A stretch of DNA of 64,000 nucleotides from Nitrospirales bacterium (GCA_965223295.1 CBDCWC010000002.1:1152001-1216000); one strand, 5' to 3'. Positions 1-11,626 are shown, numbered from the stretch's first letter. The notes: a model not told the origin generated them from the letters alone. Made by a program: numbers and translations.

Positions 1-633
1 GGTCACTTTTATGAGTTCCACCATATCTAACGAAGGATTGACATTGGATTTTTCCAACATACCTTGATGCACCGTTGTCTCTCGTGCAGAGGTTGGCTTC
101 TCGGGAACCGTCCAATATAAATCTCCTACCTTGGCCACAGACTCGCCCTTAGGAAGTCGATCTAGACGCAAGGTATCTGCTACCACGCCATTCACACTAA
201 TGTTTCCACCATTATCAATGGCAATTTCTCCTGGCGGCACTTTAACCAGCCCTTTTTTCCCTAATAAAGGATCACCATGATGTGTGACCAAGTTTCCGTT
301 CAAATTGCGCTGTAGCTTTCCTCCACGATAGTAACGAAGTCCTTCTGGAGTTTGAGCGACCAAAAACCCCTCCCCTTGTAATGCGACGTCTAAACTTTCC
401 CCGGTATGGTACAACACCCCTTGCGAACGATCGGGCGGCAAGGCATCAATTAATGGAAATAGATCAATGCCAGCTACCGAGGGCCCAGATGTTTGACCAA
501 GAATGGTGGCAAATACTGGCTTATCCTTTTTATAACCAGTTGTCTGTACATTCCCGATATTATGAGAAAGAATTTCGAGACGACGCTCCAAGGTAATAGC
601 CCCGGCAAGGGGAGGATAGATACCACGATTCAT
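1..633 (-). CDS. flgF: Flagellar basal-body rod protein FlgF (5' part; runs off the window edge; absent from the ORF track)
   Basis: Manual translation from ATG at 633 (RBS AAGGAG): MNRGIYPPLAGAITLERRLEILSHNIGNVQTTGYKKD...VHQGMLEKSNVNPSLDMVELIKVT; has the N- and C-terminal rod/hook motifs. Confidence 0.85.
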   Translation of the reverse strand, partial: MNRGIYPPLAGAITLERRLEILSHNIGNVQTTGYKKDKPVFATILGQTSGPSVAGIDLFPLIDALPPDRSQGVLYHTGESLDVALQGEGFLVAQTPEGLRYYRGGKLQRNLNGNLVTHHGDPLLGKKGLVKVPPGEIAIDNGGNISVNGVVADTLRLDRLPKGESVAKVGDLYWTVPEKPTSARETTVHQGMLEKSNVNPSLDMVELIKVT

Positions 634-667
634 GAAGATCTCCTTTTCGTAGTTTTAAACAAATTTG

Positions 668-683
668 TGCAACGCATGTGCCA
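668..683 (-). promoter_or_regulatory. Sigma54 -24/-12 promoter upstream of flgF
   Basis: Minus strand reads TGGCAC-ATGCG-TTGCA, exact consensus and spacing, 35 nt upstream of the flgF ATG. Confidence 0.8.
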
Positions 684-925
684 TTGACGGCAGAAAGAAG
701 ATTTTTCAAAGAAAGCTATTGATTAATCACTCTAGTCAATAATTTTCTCGAAATTCCCACATAAACTCGATCTAACAAGAAAGAACTGGAATTTTTTGCC
801 TAGAAAAATTTGTGGTTTCGTGAAAACCGAAAAAGCATGTCTTTGATGATCGGCCAGAAACCAATGGGCAGAACTTTCCATCTACGTAGAAACCTGCCTA
901 GCTGAGCTGAGAAACGTGCGAAGGA

Positions 926-957
926 AAAAGTAAGGAGTGGATCTTTCCCTGACTTTT
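926..957 (-). terminator. Hairpin after motB containing one AGTAAGG unit (possible terminator or minimal heptamer element)
   Basis: AAAAGTAAGG...CCTGACTTTT imperfect inverted repeat just after the motB stop. Confidence 0.4.
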
Positions 958-970
958 AGGGTTCCCTTGT

Positions 971-1711
971 TTAGGGGAGGAACGGGTGAGACTCTAATGC
1001 ACGAGGGTTCGTGTCACGCAACACGATCATTTCCACGCGGCGATTTGAGGCCTGCCCCTCTGCAGTGTCATTAGAATGGATGGGACGAGTACCTGCAAAT
1101 CCCGTTGATGAAAATCGATTGGGTTGCAACTCATGAAACTCTGTAAAATACCGAACTAACCTATTGGCTCTTGAAGTAGAAAGATCCCAGTTTGAAGGAA
1201 AGACCGCCGTTCGAATGGGTTGGTTATCAGTGTGCCCCTCCACCGCAATAAGATTCGGTAAATCCTTAACCAATCCGGCAATTAAATCCAGAAACTCTTC
1301 AATCTGAGGATTCAAGTCTGCGCTGCCACTCGTAAATAAGGCATCATCCGAAATCCGAATACTCAACCCACGATCGGTAGAGGAGATTTTCACGCCTTTT
1401 GGCACTTTTGCCGCCGTAATAGCATTGGCCACTTTTAAGTAGGCACGGGAATTATCTTTAGATTTTTGTTGTTCCTGTACGACAATCTGTCGGCTTTTTG
1501 AAACGGGCAGATCCATAATCGTCAGCTTACCAACCGGTTTCGTGTTAGAGAATGAATTAGAAAGTGAATTACTCAAAACTTTGTATTTACCCTCATTGAC
1601 TGAGGACACGGCATACATCACCACGAAAAAAGCAAACAAGAGTGTAATGAAGTCAGCATACGAAACGAGCCATCGCTCATGGTTTTCATGCTCTTCATGT
1701 TTTTTCTTCAT
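971..1711 (-). CDS. motB: Flagellar stator protein MotB (MotD-like), OmpA-type peptidoglycan-binding domain
   Basis: WLVSYADFITLLFAFFVVMY transmembrane motif with the conserved Asp; GHTD, NWDLS and NRRVE motifs. Confidence 0.95.
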   Translation of the reverse strand: MKKKHEEHENHERWLVSYADFITLLFAFFVVMYAVSSVNEGKYKVLSNSLSNSFSNTKPVGKLTIMDLPVSKSRQIVVQEQQKSKDNSRAYLKVANAITAAKVPKGVKISSTDRGLSIRISDDALFTSGSADLNPQIEEFLDLIAGLVKDLPNLIAVEGHTDNQPIRTAVFPSNWDLSTSRANRLVRYFTEFHELQPNRFSSTGFAGTRPIHSNDTAEGQASNRRVEMIVLRDTNPRALESHPFLP

Positions 1712-1748
1712 GGATTAATTAACCTCGTCTCTGACGAAGTGATATATT

Positions 1749-2507
1749 TCATTTCTTTTTCTGCGAACTCGGAAGAAACCCGCTCAACTTTTCTTCAATC
1801 ATTCGAGGATTTTCGCCCTGCGCAACACTTAACAGTCCTTCTATCACCATTAGTTTCCCGGCGATGAGATCCTTTGCCTTAATCTTGATTTTATTTCCCA
1901 TTGGCAGAAAAATGAGATTCGCGAGCCCCACACCATACACGGTCGCCACGAATGCTACGGCAATTCCACCGCCTAACGCCGAAGGATCCGCCAGATTTTC
2001 CATCACATGAATTAACCCTAACACGGCCCCAATGATTCCCACACACGGTGCATATCCTCCAAACGCTTCATACACTTTTGCATAAGACGTATATTCATCT
2101 TCAAGTACACCAAGTTCCACTTCAAGAATTTCTCTGATCTTTGGCGGCTCTGTTCCATCCACGACCAATTGCACACCTTTGGCCATAAATGGATCATTGA
2201 TATTCTTCATCTGTCCTTCCAATGCCAGCAGTCCCTGCTTGCGACTCACATTGGAGAGTTCCACAATCTTGGTGATGACCCCTTTCATATCCACACTAAC
2301 ATTGCCAAAAACCATCCCGGCGGCTCCAAGCGACTTCAAAAAAATATTGAGAGGAAACTGGAGCATGACGGCTCCTATTGTCCCGCCAAATACAATGAGA
2401 AATGCCGTAAATTGAAGAATGGAACTTAAGTGGCCGCCTTCTAAATGTTGTCCACCAACAATGGCGCCAATGGCCACAATAATTCCCAGCACCGATAAAA
2501 TATCCAT
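1749..2507 (-). CDS. motA: Flagellar stator protein MotA (MotC-like)
   Basis: 4-TM pattern; GLLALE, GGYAP.VGIIGAVLGLI, AFVATVYG and GENP motifs; adjacent to motB. Confidence 0.95.
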   Translation of the reverse strand: MDILSVLGIIVAIGAIVGGQHLEGGHLSSILQFTAFLIVFGGTIGAVMLQFPLNIFLKSLGAAGMVFGNVSVDMKGVITKIVELSNVSRKQGLLALEGQMKNINDPFMAKGVQLVVDGTEPPKIREILEVELGVLEDEYTSYAKVYEAFGGYAPCVGIIGAVLGLIHVMENLADPSALGGGIAVAFVATVYGVGLANLIFLPMGNKIKIKAKDLIAGKLMVIEGLLSVAQGENPRMIEEKLSGFLPSSQKKK

Positions 2508-2522
2508 TCCGGCTTACTCTCC

Positions 2523-3008
2523 TTACCCAACAGACTCGATGCCAAAGAGCTGGTCTAAATTCAACAAGACTAGCAACCGTCCTTCCACACGCCCAACGCC
2601 TTTATGAAAATCATTAGTAGTTCCTCGGTTAGCCGAGGAAGAGGGTTCAATAAATTCCTCAGGAAGTCGAAGCACTTCTTCCACTGAATCAACAATGAAT
2701 CCGAGTATCAAGTGCCCCACTTCCACCACAACAATACGCGTGTCTTTCGTCGGTTCCGCGGTGGACAAACCTAAGCGGGTGCGAAGATTAATAATTGGAA
2801 TGACTTTTCCGCGAAGGTTCACCACTCCTTCGACATAATGTGGGGCATTGGGAACATGTGTAATTTCTACCAACCGAATAATTTCCTGGACACTCAGAAT
2901 ATCGATGGCATATTCCTCTGGCCCTAATTGAAAACTGACCAACTGCAGCACCTCACCAGTTTCCTCATAGGCTTCATCATGAGGGACAGTATTCGTTACG
3001 GCATTCAT
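2523..3008 (-). CDS. cheW: CheW (system 1)
   Basis: EEYAIDILSVQEII, GVVNLRGKVIPIINLR, GFIVDSV. Confidence 0.95.
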   Translation of the reverse strand: MNAVTNTVPHDEAYEETGEVLQLVSFQLGPEEYAIDILSVQEIIRLVEITHVPNAPHYVEGVVNLRGKVIPIINLRTRLGLSTAEPTKDTRIVVVEVGHLILGFIVDSVEEVLRLPEEFIEPSSSANRGTTNDFHKGVGRVEGRLLVLLNLDQLFGIESVG

Positions 3009-3095
3009 AATGGATCAAGCCTCCCCACCTGGTTATAATTCGCAAACATCAGTGCCACAATATAGTGAATATGTGCATCTTCCATATCTTGTCTA

Positions 3096-4253
3096 CTACC
3101 TACTGACAAGAGCAAAAGAATCAACTGCCTGCCTTAATGCAGGACCAATTTCCACATCCGCCAGAACGGCGTCGGCCAATCCTGCCTCATACACAGCCCG
3201 TGGCATTCCATAAATCAAGGAGCTGGATTCATCTTGAATCAAGACAATACCTCCGTTCTCCTTAATTTTTTGACATCCAACCACTCCATCATTACCCATT
3301 CCTGTGAGAACCAGACCCACGGTCGCTCCGCCAAACTGTTCGGCGGCTGAAGTCATTGCACAATCAACCGAAGGCCGATAAGGATATCCTAGTGACTCAG
3401 ATTCAAGTTTAATGAAAACTCGACCATCAAGCTGGCGAGTCATCGATACATGATGAGCGCCAGGCGCCACCCAACCGACTCCAGGTAACAACTCATCTCC
3501 ATCCTGTGCTTCGCAAATGGGTATATTGGCTAACGCATTGAGATGTTCTGCAAAGAATTTGGTATAGAACTTTGGCATGTGTTGAACAATCAGCAATGCC
3601 GCGGAAAAGGATGGCGGCAATTCCTTGATGAGGCGACTCAACAGGTTCGGCCCCCCAGTCGACGCACCAATCACGGCAAGAGGAAATGTGCCTGACTTCA
3701 ACGACTTAGAGTTTTCCATCAATGGAAGTTGCGTGGAATGTCTCCTCCGAGAGAACCGCTGAAGGTTTCTGTCCGAAGACACCTGACCCTGCATCCCTTT
3801 TTGTGGAATTTTGTTCGACCGAAACATTGGCAGGCGATCCCGCATTCGATAAGCCTCACGAACTTTAGCCGGCAAGACCTCTTCGATCGACCCTAATTCA
3901 GATCGAGACTCATTCATCGGCTTTGGGATAAAATCCACGGCGCCTCGTTCAAGGGCTTGAAGCGTTGCTGTCGCTCCTTCTTCTGTAACCCCGCTTACCA
4001 TAATTGTTGGGAGTGAATGATCAGGCATCATTTTCTCCAACACTTCCAAACCATTCATACCTGGCATTTCAATATCAAGAGTCATGACATCCGGCTGAGT
4101 GTGTTGGATTTGCTCAATGGCCTCATATCCATTTTTTGCGGTTCCCACGATCTTCATATCTGGACATTTCATCAACATCATGGAAAGCCTATTGCGCATA
4201 AACTCGGAATCATCAACAATTAGGACACGAATAGGCTGATCGTTGTTGGCCAT
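3096..4253 (-). CDS. cheB: Chemotaxis methylesterase CheB (system 1); start probably ATG 4253
   Basis: REC domain plus catalytic motifs GASTGGP, VQHMP and LTGMGNDG. Confidence 0.93.
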   Translation of the reverse strand: MANNDQPIRVLIVDDSEFMRNRLSMMLMKCPDMKIVGTAKNGYEAIEQIQHTQPDVMTLDIEMPGMNGLEVLEKMMPDHSLPTIMVSGVTEEGATATLQALERGAVDFIPKPMNESRSELGSIEEVLPAKVREAYRMRDRLPMFRSNKIPQKGMQGQVSSDRNLQRFSRRRHSTQLPLMENSKSLKSGTFPLAVIGASTGGPNLLSRLIKELPPSFSAALLIVQHMPKFYTKFFAEHLNALANIPICEAQDGDELLPGVGWVAPGAHHVSMTRQLDGRVFIKLESESLGYPYRPSVDCAMTSAAEQFGGATVGLVLTGMGNDGVVGCQKIKENGGIVLIQDESSSLIYGMPRAVYEAGLADAVLADVEIGPALRQAVDSFALVSR

Positions 4254-4430
4254 AACAATGGATCGCGACGAGTTTAGAACGAGCAAAGACCGCTACTAAC
4301 CAAGCTCAATCTGCAACAACAACAAACATCCTCCTTTAACTTCATCGATTGGCTCCTTGAGACACCGATATCCACTCTGATAGGGTGCAGAATATTATTC
4401 TTATTTTTCTTATGATAAAGGACATTCATT

Positions 4431-4691
4431 ATGGACCGACCAGCCAGTGCACAAGCCGAACGCTTATTGCTTGATGCCAAAAAAGCCATTCTTCAAGAAC
4501 AACATCAACGGTTTCAAGATCTTCAACGGGAAGAGCGTTGGGATGATGCCTGGAAACAACTCCATGTCACCTTGACCTGTGCAGCAGATCTACTGAAAGA
4601 CTCGGTCGGCTTGCTAGAAAAGGTCGTGACGGAAAAAAAACCACTCCCACCTTCATCGACATCTCCATCTGAACCTCCACTCTCTCACTAG
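4431..4691 (+). CDS. Small hypothetical helical protein (86 aa)
   Basis: ATG with upstream AAGGA; fills the gap between cheB and an MCP; converges on the hairpin at 4728-4746. Confidence 0.6.
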   Translation: MDRPASAQAERLLLDAKKAILQEQHQRFQDLQREERWDDAWKQLHVTLTCAADLLKDSVGLLEKVVTEKKPLPPSSTSPSEPPLSH

Positions 4692-4727
4692 AGCGGAGAA
4701 AAAATTCTTATTCCTAGACTACGTAAA

Positions 4728-4746
4728 GGGGAGGCATCGCCTCCCC
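4728..4746 (-). terminator. Intrinsic terminator-like hairpin after the heme-c MCP
   Basis: GGGGAGGC-ATC-GCCTCCCC perfect 8-bp stem 3 nt after the stop, between convergent genes. Confidence 0.7.
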
Positions 4747-4749
4747 ACC

Positions 4750-6426
4750 TTAAACCTTAAAGCTATTCACCGTTCTCTGAAGATCGCCTGCTAAGGCACT
4801 GAGGTCATGACAGGCTTGAGCAGACTCAGCAATGCCACTTGTTGTCTGACGTGTGTTTTCTGTCATGGCCTCTAAATCTCTCGCAATCTGTCGCGTGGCA
4901 TTTGATTGTTCTTCAGCCGCACTGGCAATTTGTTGAATCATGCCAGAGGTGGCACTAATCATCTCATGAATCTTCGAAAGAGCTTCTCCGGTTTTATTGG
5001 CTAATTCTACCCCTTGAACCACTTGGTTAGTCCCTTCTTCCATAGAAGCCACCGCACTCTTGGTGTCTTGCTGAATCTGTCGAATCATATCACCAATCTC
5101 TTTTGTCGCCTTTGTCGTCCGTTCAGCTAATTTACGAACTTCATCGGCCACAACAGCAAATCCACGGCCTTGGTCGCCCGCACGTGCCGCTTCGATAGCG
5201 GCATTGAGGGCCAACAGGTTCGTTTGATCCGCAATATCTTCAATTACCCGCACAATTTCTCCGATTTGATCTGAGGACCGCCCCAAGGTGGTAATAATAT
5301 TTGCCGCCTGGACCACGGCTTCAGACACTTGTTGCATCCCCGTGACTGTTTGCGTCATCACGTCTTGTCCACTTCGTGCGGTCTCAGCCGTTTCCTGTGC
5401 AATCCGTGCCGCTTCGGTGGAGTTACGAGCTACTTCGCCAGCCGTCATGGTCATCTCTTCCACAGCTGATGCAGATTGAACCGCTCTGGCATCTTGCCCT
5501 TCCGCTGCGCGAACGACCCGATCAGCAGTTGAAGACAATTCTACAGTGGAGGCAGCCAACCGATTAGTGGACTGACCAACAAGCGAGAGGGCACCATGCA
5601 TTTTCTGGATAAATAAATTAAAGTCATGCGCCAAATCAGTAATTTCATCTGAACCACTTCCAACAGGGACTTGCCTCGTCAAATCCCCTCTTCCTTCAGC
5701 AATATCATGAGAGATGGCTGCCAAGGCATGGAGAGGCTTCAAGACAAACAGATGAATAAGCCAGTACACCGCAACAAGAAATACCGCAATGATCCCAATC
5801 ATCCACAAACCCGAATACATCACAGAACTTTGCATGGAAGCCTGGGCTTGAGACATGGGAATCGCCACGGATAACATGCCGATCACATCTCCAATTTTTT
5901 TCCCTGCATGGCATCCCACACAGGCCTCTACAGACGCCTTATCCGCACTAGCTCGCAAAAACGTTGGCACGCCGTTGACCACTTGCACATCACTAAAACT
6001 ATCAGCTCCATTCTTAATTAACTCCATCGCTTTGACTTCAAAGCCTTCCTTCGGCGCATTCGCGGGATTCATGGGTTGATCACTCACCAGGCGAGCCATG
6101 TAGATTCCCTGTCCAGCCAGTTCTTCTCCAATTTCTTGAGTCGCGGTAGCTGGAAATGGAACGGCTGCGGGATCTTGCTCATATTCCCGTGAGATATGAA
6201 GATCTGAACCCAGAGAAGATTTTTTTAACTTTCCCACATAATTTTTTGCAATATAGGCTCGCGTGACTTCAATTTGTGCTTGGATAATTTTCCCTTCTTC
6301 TTCCAATAACGTTCGCATTCGTCCTTCTTCTTGCTGATAAATCCCCCAGAGAACACAAATAATTAAGATCGTTGCCATGACAGCAAGGGACAATACAAAT
6401 TTTTGTCCGAGTCTCAAATTCCCCAT
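4750..6426 (-). CDS. Methyl-accepting chemotaxis protein with periplasmic c-type heme (DUF3365/Tll0287-like) sensor, HAMP and signalling domain
   Basis: TM-sensor (PFPAT, PMNPAN, CVGCH)[26 protein letters not shown]; RBS GAGGAG before ATG 6426. Confidence 0.9.
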   Translation of the reverse strand: MGNLRLGQKFVLSLAVMATILIICVLWGIYQQEEGRMRTLLEEEGKIIQAQIEVTRAYIAKNYVGKLKKSSLGSDLHISREYEQDPAAVPFPATATQEIGEELAGQGIYMARLVSDQPMNPANAPKEGFEVKAMELIKNGADSFSDVQVVNGVPTFLRASADKASVEACVGCHAGKKIGDVIGMLSVAIPMSQAQASMQSSVMYSGLWMIGIIAVFLVAVYWLIHLFVLKPLHALAAISHDIAEGRGDLTRQVPVGSGSDEITDLAHDFNLFIQKMHGALSLVGQSTNRLAASTVELSSTADRVVRAAEGQDARAVQSASAVEEMTMTAGEVARNSTEAARIAQETAETARSGQDVMTQTVTGMQQVSEAVVQAANIITTLGRSSDQIGEIVRVIEDIADQTNLLALNAAIEAARAGDQGRGFAVVADEVRKLAERTTKATKEIGDMIRQIQQDTKSAVASMEEGTNQVVQGVELANKTGEALSKIHEMISATSGMIQQIASAAEEQSNATRQIARDLEAMTENTRQTTSGIAESAQACHDLSALAGDLQRTVNSFKV

Positions 6427-6455
6427 ACTGTACTCCTCGCTAAATGTTTCACCAT

Positions 6456-8567
6456 TCAATCACTGCATTTTGATTTCAAAGTAAACCGGCTCAGTGACAT
6501 CTGTAGATCTGCGGCCAATCCCGCAAATTGTTGTGTTGCCGTGGCTACCCCCTGCACATGACCTTCATTTTCTTGGCTGAGTTGTGCTACTTGTTGAATA
6601 CTGGAAGATAGCTGGCCAGAGATATCCGATTGTTTCTGAGTGGATCCCGCAAACTGTTGAATCATCCCGACAACCTGTTGAACTCCATTGACAATTTCTG
6701 TCAGTCGACTACCAGCCTCGCGGGCTAACGCCATTCCATTATGAGCTTCCTGAGTGCCGGCTTCCATGGAACTCACAGCCTCATTCGTGCCTTTTTGCAC
6801 CGATTCAATAACGGTAGCAATTTCTTTTGTGGATTTCCCGGTCCGCTCCGCTAACTTCCTCACTTCATCGGCGACCACGGCAAACCCTCGACCTTGATCC
6901 CCAGCCCGGGCAGCTTCGATCGCGGCATTTAATGCTAAGAGATTCGTCTGTTCGGCAATATCTTCGATGACTCCAATAATGTCGCCAATTTCCTGGGAAC
7001 GCTTTCCTAATGATTGAATATGACTTGCCGACTCCTGCATACGACTGGAAACCGATTCCATTCCTTGAATAGACGAGGAAACAATTTCTCCACCACGCAC
7101 AGCTGATTCATTCACTTCAGTTGCCGTCACAGCCAATCCTTGAGTATTCCGAGCCATATCTCCAGCTGTGGAAGCCACCTTTTCTACGGACGTGGCGACT
7201 TGCGTGGCTTGATTGAGTTGCGATTGACTCACTTGAACGACTTGTTGTCCAACCGCCGACAATTCGTCAGACGCATAGGATAAAGAATGCGCGACTTCCT
7301 GCGTTTGAAGCAACATGCCATTTAATTGGTCCAATAAGTGATTCAAAGCATCTCCCATTTGTCCCAACTCATCTTGCGTGGTCACAGAAACTCGATGGGT
7401 TAAATCGCCTTCGGAAGCCTTCGCAGCAACTTCCCAAAATGGCTTTAACCGGCTAATCACTTTCCGCCCCATCACAATGCCAATTGGAACAACGACAAGC
7501 AATCCCACAAACATTTCTAAAAGTGTCTTATTGGTAATAGCGGTCACTTGCTTGAAGGCTTCTTCCTCAGGAATCTGCACCAGAATAGACCAATGCAGTC
7601 CCTGAAACCCTTTGCCTTCCCGAAGATGACTAAAGCCAATGATCTGTTGACTTTGTTTACTCGGATGAAAATTCCTTGAAAAGCCTGACTGCCCCTGTAC
7701 CGCCGACTGTGCCGCTTCCAAACCCAGTTGTGCTAAATTTGTACGAAACAACACATTATCAAAATCATGAACCACTTCTTCAGTTTGATGAACGGCTGGG
7801 GCATAATCCACGATCGTGAACCCTTGACCATTCTGCAATGTCAGTTCTGCACCAGGAAACCCAGCTTTCTTCAGACGTTGATACGCCTGCTGAATAATCT
7901 GTTCCACCATCGAATATTTCATACGTTGGGACCAATACCCCACAATTTTTCCATGATCATACAGAGGAATCGACAACCCAACCGTCAGTCCACTGTCATT
8001 TGGAAAACTATTAACAACATCCCGATCCACCGCGACATCCTCAACAAAGACCGGGGCATCAGAAGCAGAGGAACCACCGCTTTGCTTGAGAGCCTGAAAC
8101 CAGACCGTTGAGCGGTAACTGTTTCCATATAACCGTTCAGTCGCAAGAGGTTGACCCTGACTATCTTGATTATTCACCGCAATAAGTTGTCCCTCTCGAT
8201 CCACTATCTGTATCAAGTGATAAGCTCCAGAGGTTTGAACATATTCATTCAAGACCTCCACAATTTCGTTGGTTTGATGTTCAGGCTGATACCACAGTGT
8301 GCGATCACGAAAGATTCGGTTTCGACTCATGGTTTGCGCATCAACATACCGCTCACCGAGATACTGTTGAATTGTATTGGCTAAACCCTCAGCCACCGCT
8401 TGATATTGAGCGCCTACTTCTTCTTTTAAAACGGCTGCTGTTTCAAAGAGCGAATACACTTGAACGCTTAAAGGAATCAGCGAAAAAAAGACAAGAATGG
8501 AGACAAGCTTGCTCGTAATGCCAATATTTCGAAAACAATTCATCATGTTCATATCTGATCTTTCCAT
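6456..8567 (-). CDS. MCP with large periplasmic Cache-like sensor (system 1)
   Basis: Two TMs around a ~300-aa sensor, [24 protein letters not shown]. Confidence 0.92.
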   Translation of the reverse strand: MERSDMNMMNCFRNIGITSKLVSILVFFSLIPLSVQVYSLFETAAVLKEEVGAQYQAVAEGLANTIQQYLGERYVDAQTMSRNRIFRDRTLWYQPEHQTNEIVEVLNEYVQTSGAYHLIQIVDREGQLIAVNNQDSQGQPLATERLYGNSYRSTVWFQALKQSGGSSASDAPVFVEDVAVDRDVVNSFPNDSGLTVGLSIPLYDHGKIVGYWSQRMKYSMVEQIIQQAYQRLKKAGFPGAELTLQNGQGFTIVDYAPAVHQTEEVVHDFDNVLFRTNLAQLGLEAAQSAVQGQSGFSRNFHPSKQSQQIIGFSHLREGKGFQGLHWSILVQIPEEEAFKQVTAITNKTLLEMFVGLLVVVPIGIVMGRKVISRLKPFWEVAAKASEGDLTHRVSVTTQDELGQMGDALNHLLDQLNGMLLQTQEVAHSLSYASDELSAVGQQVVQVSQSQLNQATQVATSVEKVASTAGDMARNTQGLAVTATEVNESAVRGGEIVSSSIQGMESVSSRMQESASHIQSLGKRSQEIGDIIGVIEDIAEQTNLLALNAAIEAARAGDQGRGFAVVADEVRKLAERTGKSTKEIATVIESVQKGTNEAVSSMEAGTQEAHNGMALAREAGSRLTEIVNGVQQVVGMIQQFAGSTQKQSDISGQLSSSIQQVAQLSQENEGHVQGVATATQQFAGLAADLQMSLSRFTLKSKCSD

Positions 8568-8642
8568 CTAATTGTCGTTGGACAACGTCGCTTCACATGG
8601 AATAGAAACGCGTTGAATTCGTGGTTAATCAATGCCATTTCG

Positions 8643-9599
8643 TTACCGCACAACCGCTTCACTCTGGGAACGGCCAAAATGCTTTACTAGCTTGTCACGT
8701 AATTCAGCGGGTTGAAATTTTGTGACATAGTCAGTCACCCCCATTGATTTCCCTCTTTCAACATTACAGTGTCCCGAAAGGGAAGAATGCATCAAAACAG
8801 GCAACGCTTGTAGGCGCGGATCTTCACGAACATGTTTCGTAAGAGAAAATCCGTCCATTTCAGGCATTTCAATATCAGTAATCACACCGACAAAAAAATC
8901 ATAGATGGACTGGCCTGCCACCTCCGCTGTTTCAGCATAATGCTGCAAACGCGTTAACGCCTCTTTTCCCGTTTGAGTTTCTTCCCATTTCATACCTAAG
9001 CGTTCCAAGGTTTTCGTGATTTGTTTTCTGGCCACCACTGAATCATCTGCCACTAGCACTCGCTTGCCGGCTAGTTCGCTGACCATTTCAATCCCGACAA
9101 GGACTTCTTCGTCAGCTTTAGGATGCAATTCAGCCAAAACTTTTTCGACATCCAGAATCAGGACCATGCGACCGTCTTCAAGTTTGGTGACCGCAGTGAC
9201 CGCTCCTTGCCGGCTTGATTGCACCATCGGAGGAGGCACCTGAATACGTTCCCAGGACATGCGAATAATCCGGTCAACTCCAGCTACAATAAACCCTTGC
9301 TTGTTATCGTTGTACTCTGCAATGATGAGCTTCGCTCCTTCAATTTCCATGGGCCCTAACCCAATAGCCTGTTTCAAATCAACTAGAGCAACATTCTCAC
9401 CTCGAAGGTGCACTAACCCCAAGACTCTGGGATCAGCATTAGGAAGTTTGGTCACTTGAGGCACTTGCATTACTTCACGAATCTTGAAGACATTAATTCC
9501 ATAAATTTCTTCTGTGCCAAGGTGGAACATCAACAGTTCCATTTTATTGGCTCCAGCTAGCCGAGTTCGTTGATCAATTTCCGCCATCCATTTCGCCAT
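8643..9599 (-). CDS. cheV: CheV (CheW-REC); start probably ATG 9599
   Basis: YGINVFKIREV CheW domain plus REC (VADDS, TDIEMPEMDG); RBS GAGGAG. Confidence 0.95.
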   Translation of the reverse strand: MAKWMAEIDQRTRLAGANKMELLMFHLGTEEIYGINVFKIREVMQVPQVTKLPNADPRVLGLVHLRGENVALVDLKQAIGLGPMEIEGAKLIIAEYNDNKQGFIVAGVDRIIRMSWERIQVPPPMVQSSRQGAVTAVTKLEDGRMVLILDVEKVLAELHPKADEEVLVGIEMVSELAGKRVLVADDSVVARKQITKTLERLGMKWEETQTGKEALTRLQHYAETAEVAGQSIYDFFVGVITDIEMPEMDGFSLTKHVREDPRLQALPVLMHSSLSGHCNVERGKSMGVTDYVTKFQPAELRDKLVKHFGRSQSEAVVR

Positions 9600-9675
9600 T
9601 ACATGCTCCTCACCGGCTGAATCATGACTCTGATACGGTTCAGCTATTGTCAAAAGAATGTTTATTCGTGTGCGA

Positions 9676-11559
9676 CTACCTCAGCGATGCGAATTCTGGC
9701 CCAAGTACACTTTGCACTAAATCGGCCATATCTAAAATCAGTACAACTTTTCCATCACCCGTAATGGTAGCCCCGGCAACACCCTGAACGTTCGCCAAGA
9801 AGTCGCCGAGGGATTTAATCACAACCTCTTCCTGCGCCTTGAGACGATCCACAACCACTCCAAACCGTTGCGCTCCAATCGCCACCACGACCACATAACA
9901 TTCATCACTGGTCCGTTCACCAGGAATTTGAAACGTTCTGGCTAAATCCAACAAGGGCAGAATCCGTTCGCGAAGATTTAGAACAGCTTCCCCATTCACA
10001 CTTTTAATGTCTTCCTTGGTCACTTTCACCGCTTCAATAACCGACGCCAGAGGGACAGCAAACGTGGCAGATTCAACTTCGACCATCAGTGCCTGAATGA
10101 TCGCCACGGTTAATGGAAGCCTAATGGTCATCTGACTACCGTGCCCCGGTTCCGAATCTAATTCTAAACTCCCGTTCATGCGGCTAATATTCGTTCGAAC
10201 CACATCCATCCCCACCCCGCGCCCAGACAAATCGCTGACCTGTTCCACGGTACTAAACCCTGGAAGGAAGATCAGCTTCATAATGTCTCGTGGACTCATG
10301 GAAGAAAGCTCAGATTCACTGACCAGCCCTTTGGATAAGGCTTTTTCTGCAATCTTTTCAACTTGCAGACCGCGACCATCATCTTCTATGCGAATGACGA
10401 TACTATTCCCTTCTTGGTAGGCCGCCAAGCGTACAGAACCTTCCGGGTTTTTCCCTTTCTGTTTGCGTTCTTCAATGGTCTCCAATCCATGATCCATAGA
10501 ATTCCGAACCAGATGGACTAACGGATCACCCAGTTCATCCGCCACCGATTTATCAACTTCCGTATCTTCTCCAACCAAATCCAATCGCACTTGCTTGCCC
10601 AGTTTATTAGATAAATCTCGAACCAAACGCGGAAAACGAGAAAATACTTTCCGGATGGGGACCATCCGTGTTTTCATGACAGCCAATTGTAAATCCGACG
10701 TCACAACGTTAAGTTGCGCCAAGGTCACACCTAGTTCGCGGACAAGCGGATTCGTTTCATCTTGTTCCTCAAGTCCAAAACCAAGCTTCATGAGCCGATT
10801 ACGTCCCAGCACTAACTCCCCAACCAGATTCATGACATGATCGAGACGTTTGGTTTCGACTCGAACAGTTGTTTCTTCTTCTTTTCCTGCCGGCTTGGAG
10901 GGTGCAGGAGACGTGGCTTTCGCCGTTCGAGAGGCCGCCTCTTGCATTTTGGCCAAGACATCAGTCAGAACTGGGGGAGCACTTTCCGTAACAGGCTCAG
11001 GAGGCAGTGTAGGGTTAGGCGTTTCTTCCTGTACGGATTCCGATGCGGGAACGATATCCTCTGCCACAACTTCCGCAGGTTCAGGCGCCTCTTCAGCTGG
11101 GACGGCCGGTGTGGAGGGTTCGCTTTTCACCGACGGTGAAGGAGCCGGCATAATATCCTTTAGATCATCTGCACTATCCATGGTGAGCGTCAATTTATTC
11201 ACGATCAATGAGGTTTCAACATGTGAATCTTCCCCCGTCGATCGTATATCCTCATGCAACAGTTTGACGGCATCCACGGCTTCAAGAATTATGTCAATTA
11301 TAAAAGGCGAAACACTCATTTCGCCTTGGCGCAATTTATTGAGGAGGCTTTCTGCCTGATGCGCGACTTCTACCAAATGGGTAAATCCAAGAAATCCAGC
11401 AGATCCTTTCATGCTATGCATGCACCGAAAAATCTCATTCAATAAGTCGGCATTGGTTGGCTCGGATTCGAGTTTGACGAAATGCTGGTCAAGCGCTTCC
11501 AACATTTCTGAACTTTCGACAAGAAAGTCACTCAATATCTCTTGCATTTCATCGTTCAT
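9676..11559 (-). CDS. cheA: CheA histidine kinase (system 1)
   Basis: Hpt IFRCMHSMKG, dimerisation domain, HLVRNSMDHG, SGRGVGMDVV, one CheW domain. Confidence 0.97.
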   Translation of the reverse strand: MNDEMQEILSDFLVESSEMLEALDQHFVKLESEPTNADLLNEIFRCMHSMKGSAGFLGFTHLVEVAHQAESLLNKLRQGEMSVSPFIIDIILEAVDAVKLLHEDIRSTGEDSHVETSLIVNKLTLTMDSADDLKDIMPAPSPSVKSEPSTPAVPAEEAPEPAEVVAEDIVPASESVQEETPNPTLPPEPVTESAPPVLTDVLAKMQEAASRTAKATSPAPSKPAGKEEETTVRVETKRLDHVMNLVGELVLGRNRLMKLGFGLEEQDETNPLVRELGVTLAQLNVVTSDLQLAVMKTRMVPIRKVFSRFPRLVRDLSNKLGKQVRLDLVGEDTEVDKSVADELGDPLVHLVRNSMDHGLETIEERKQKGKNPEGSVRLAAYQEGNSIVIRIEDDGRGLQVEKIAEKALSKGLVSESELSSMSPRDIMKLIFLPGFSTVEQVSDLSGRGVGMDVVRTNISRMNGSLELDSEPGHGSQMTIRLPLTVAIIQALMVEVESATFAVPLASVIEAVKVTKEDIKSVNGEAVLNLRERILPLLDLARTFQIPGERTSDECYVVVVAIGAQRFGVVVDRLKAQEEVVIKSLGDFLANVQGVAGATITGDGKVVLILDMADLVQSVLGPEFASLR

Positions 11560-11626
11560 AGATCACCCTTGTCAGCACGATAGGACTCTCAAAGATCCGA
11601 GCATCACTCACGTGTCGAGCCACTTA

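Noticed and set aside
1749-2507. APCVG instead of APTxG in MotA as a sign of altered ion specificity
   Set aside because: A single substitution at a variable position; the MotB Asp is intact and no inference is supportable
3042-3057. Sigma54-like TGGCAC...TTGC upstream of cheW-motAB
   Set aside because: GG-to-GC spacing is one base too long, and sigma54 spacing is strict
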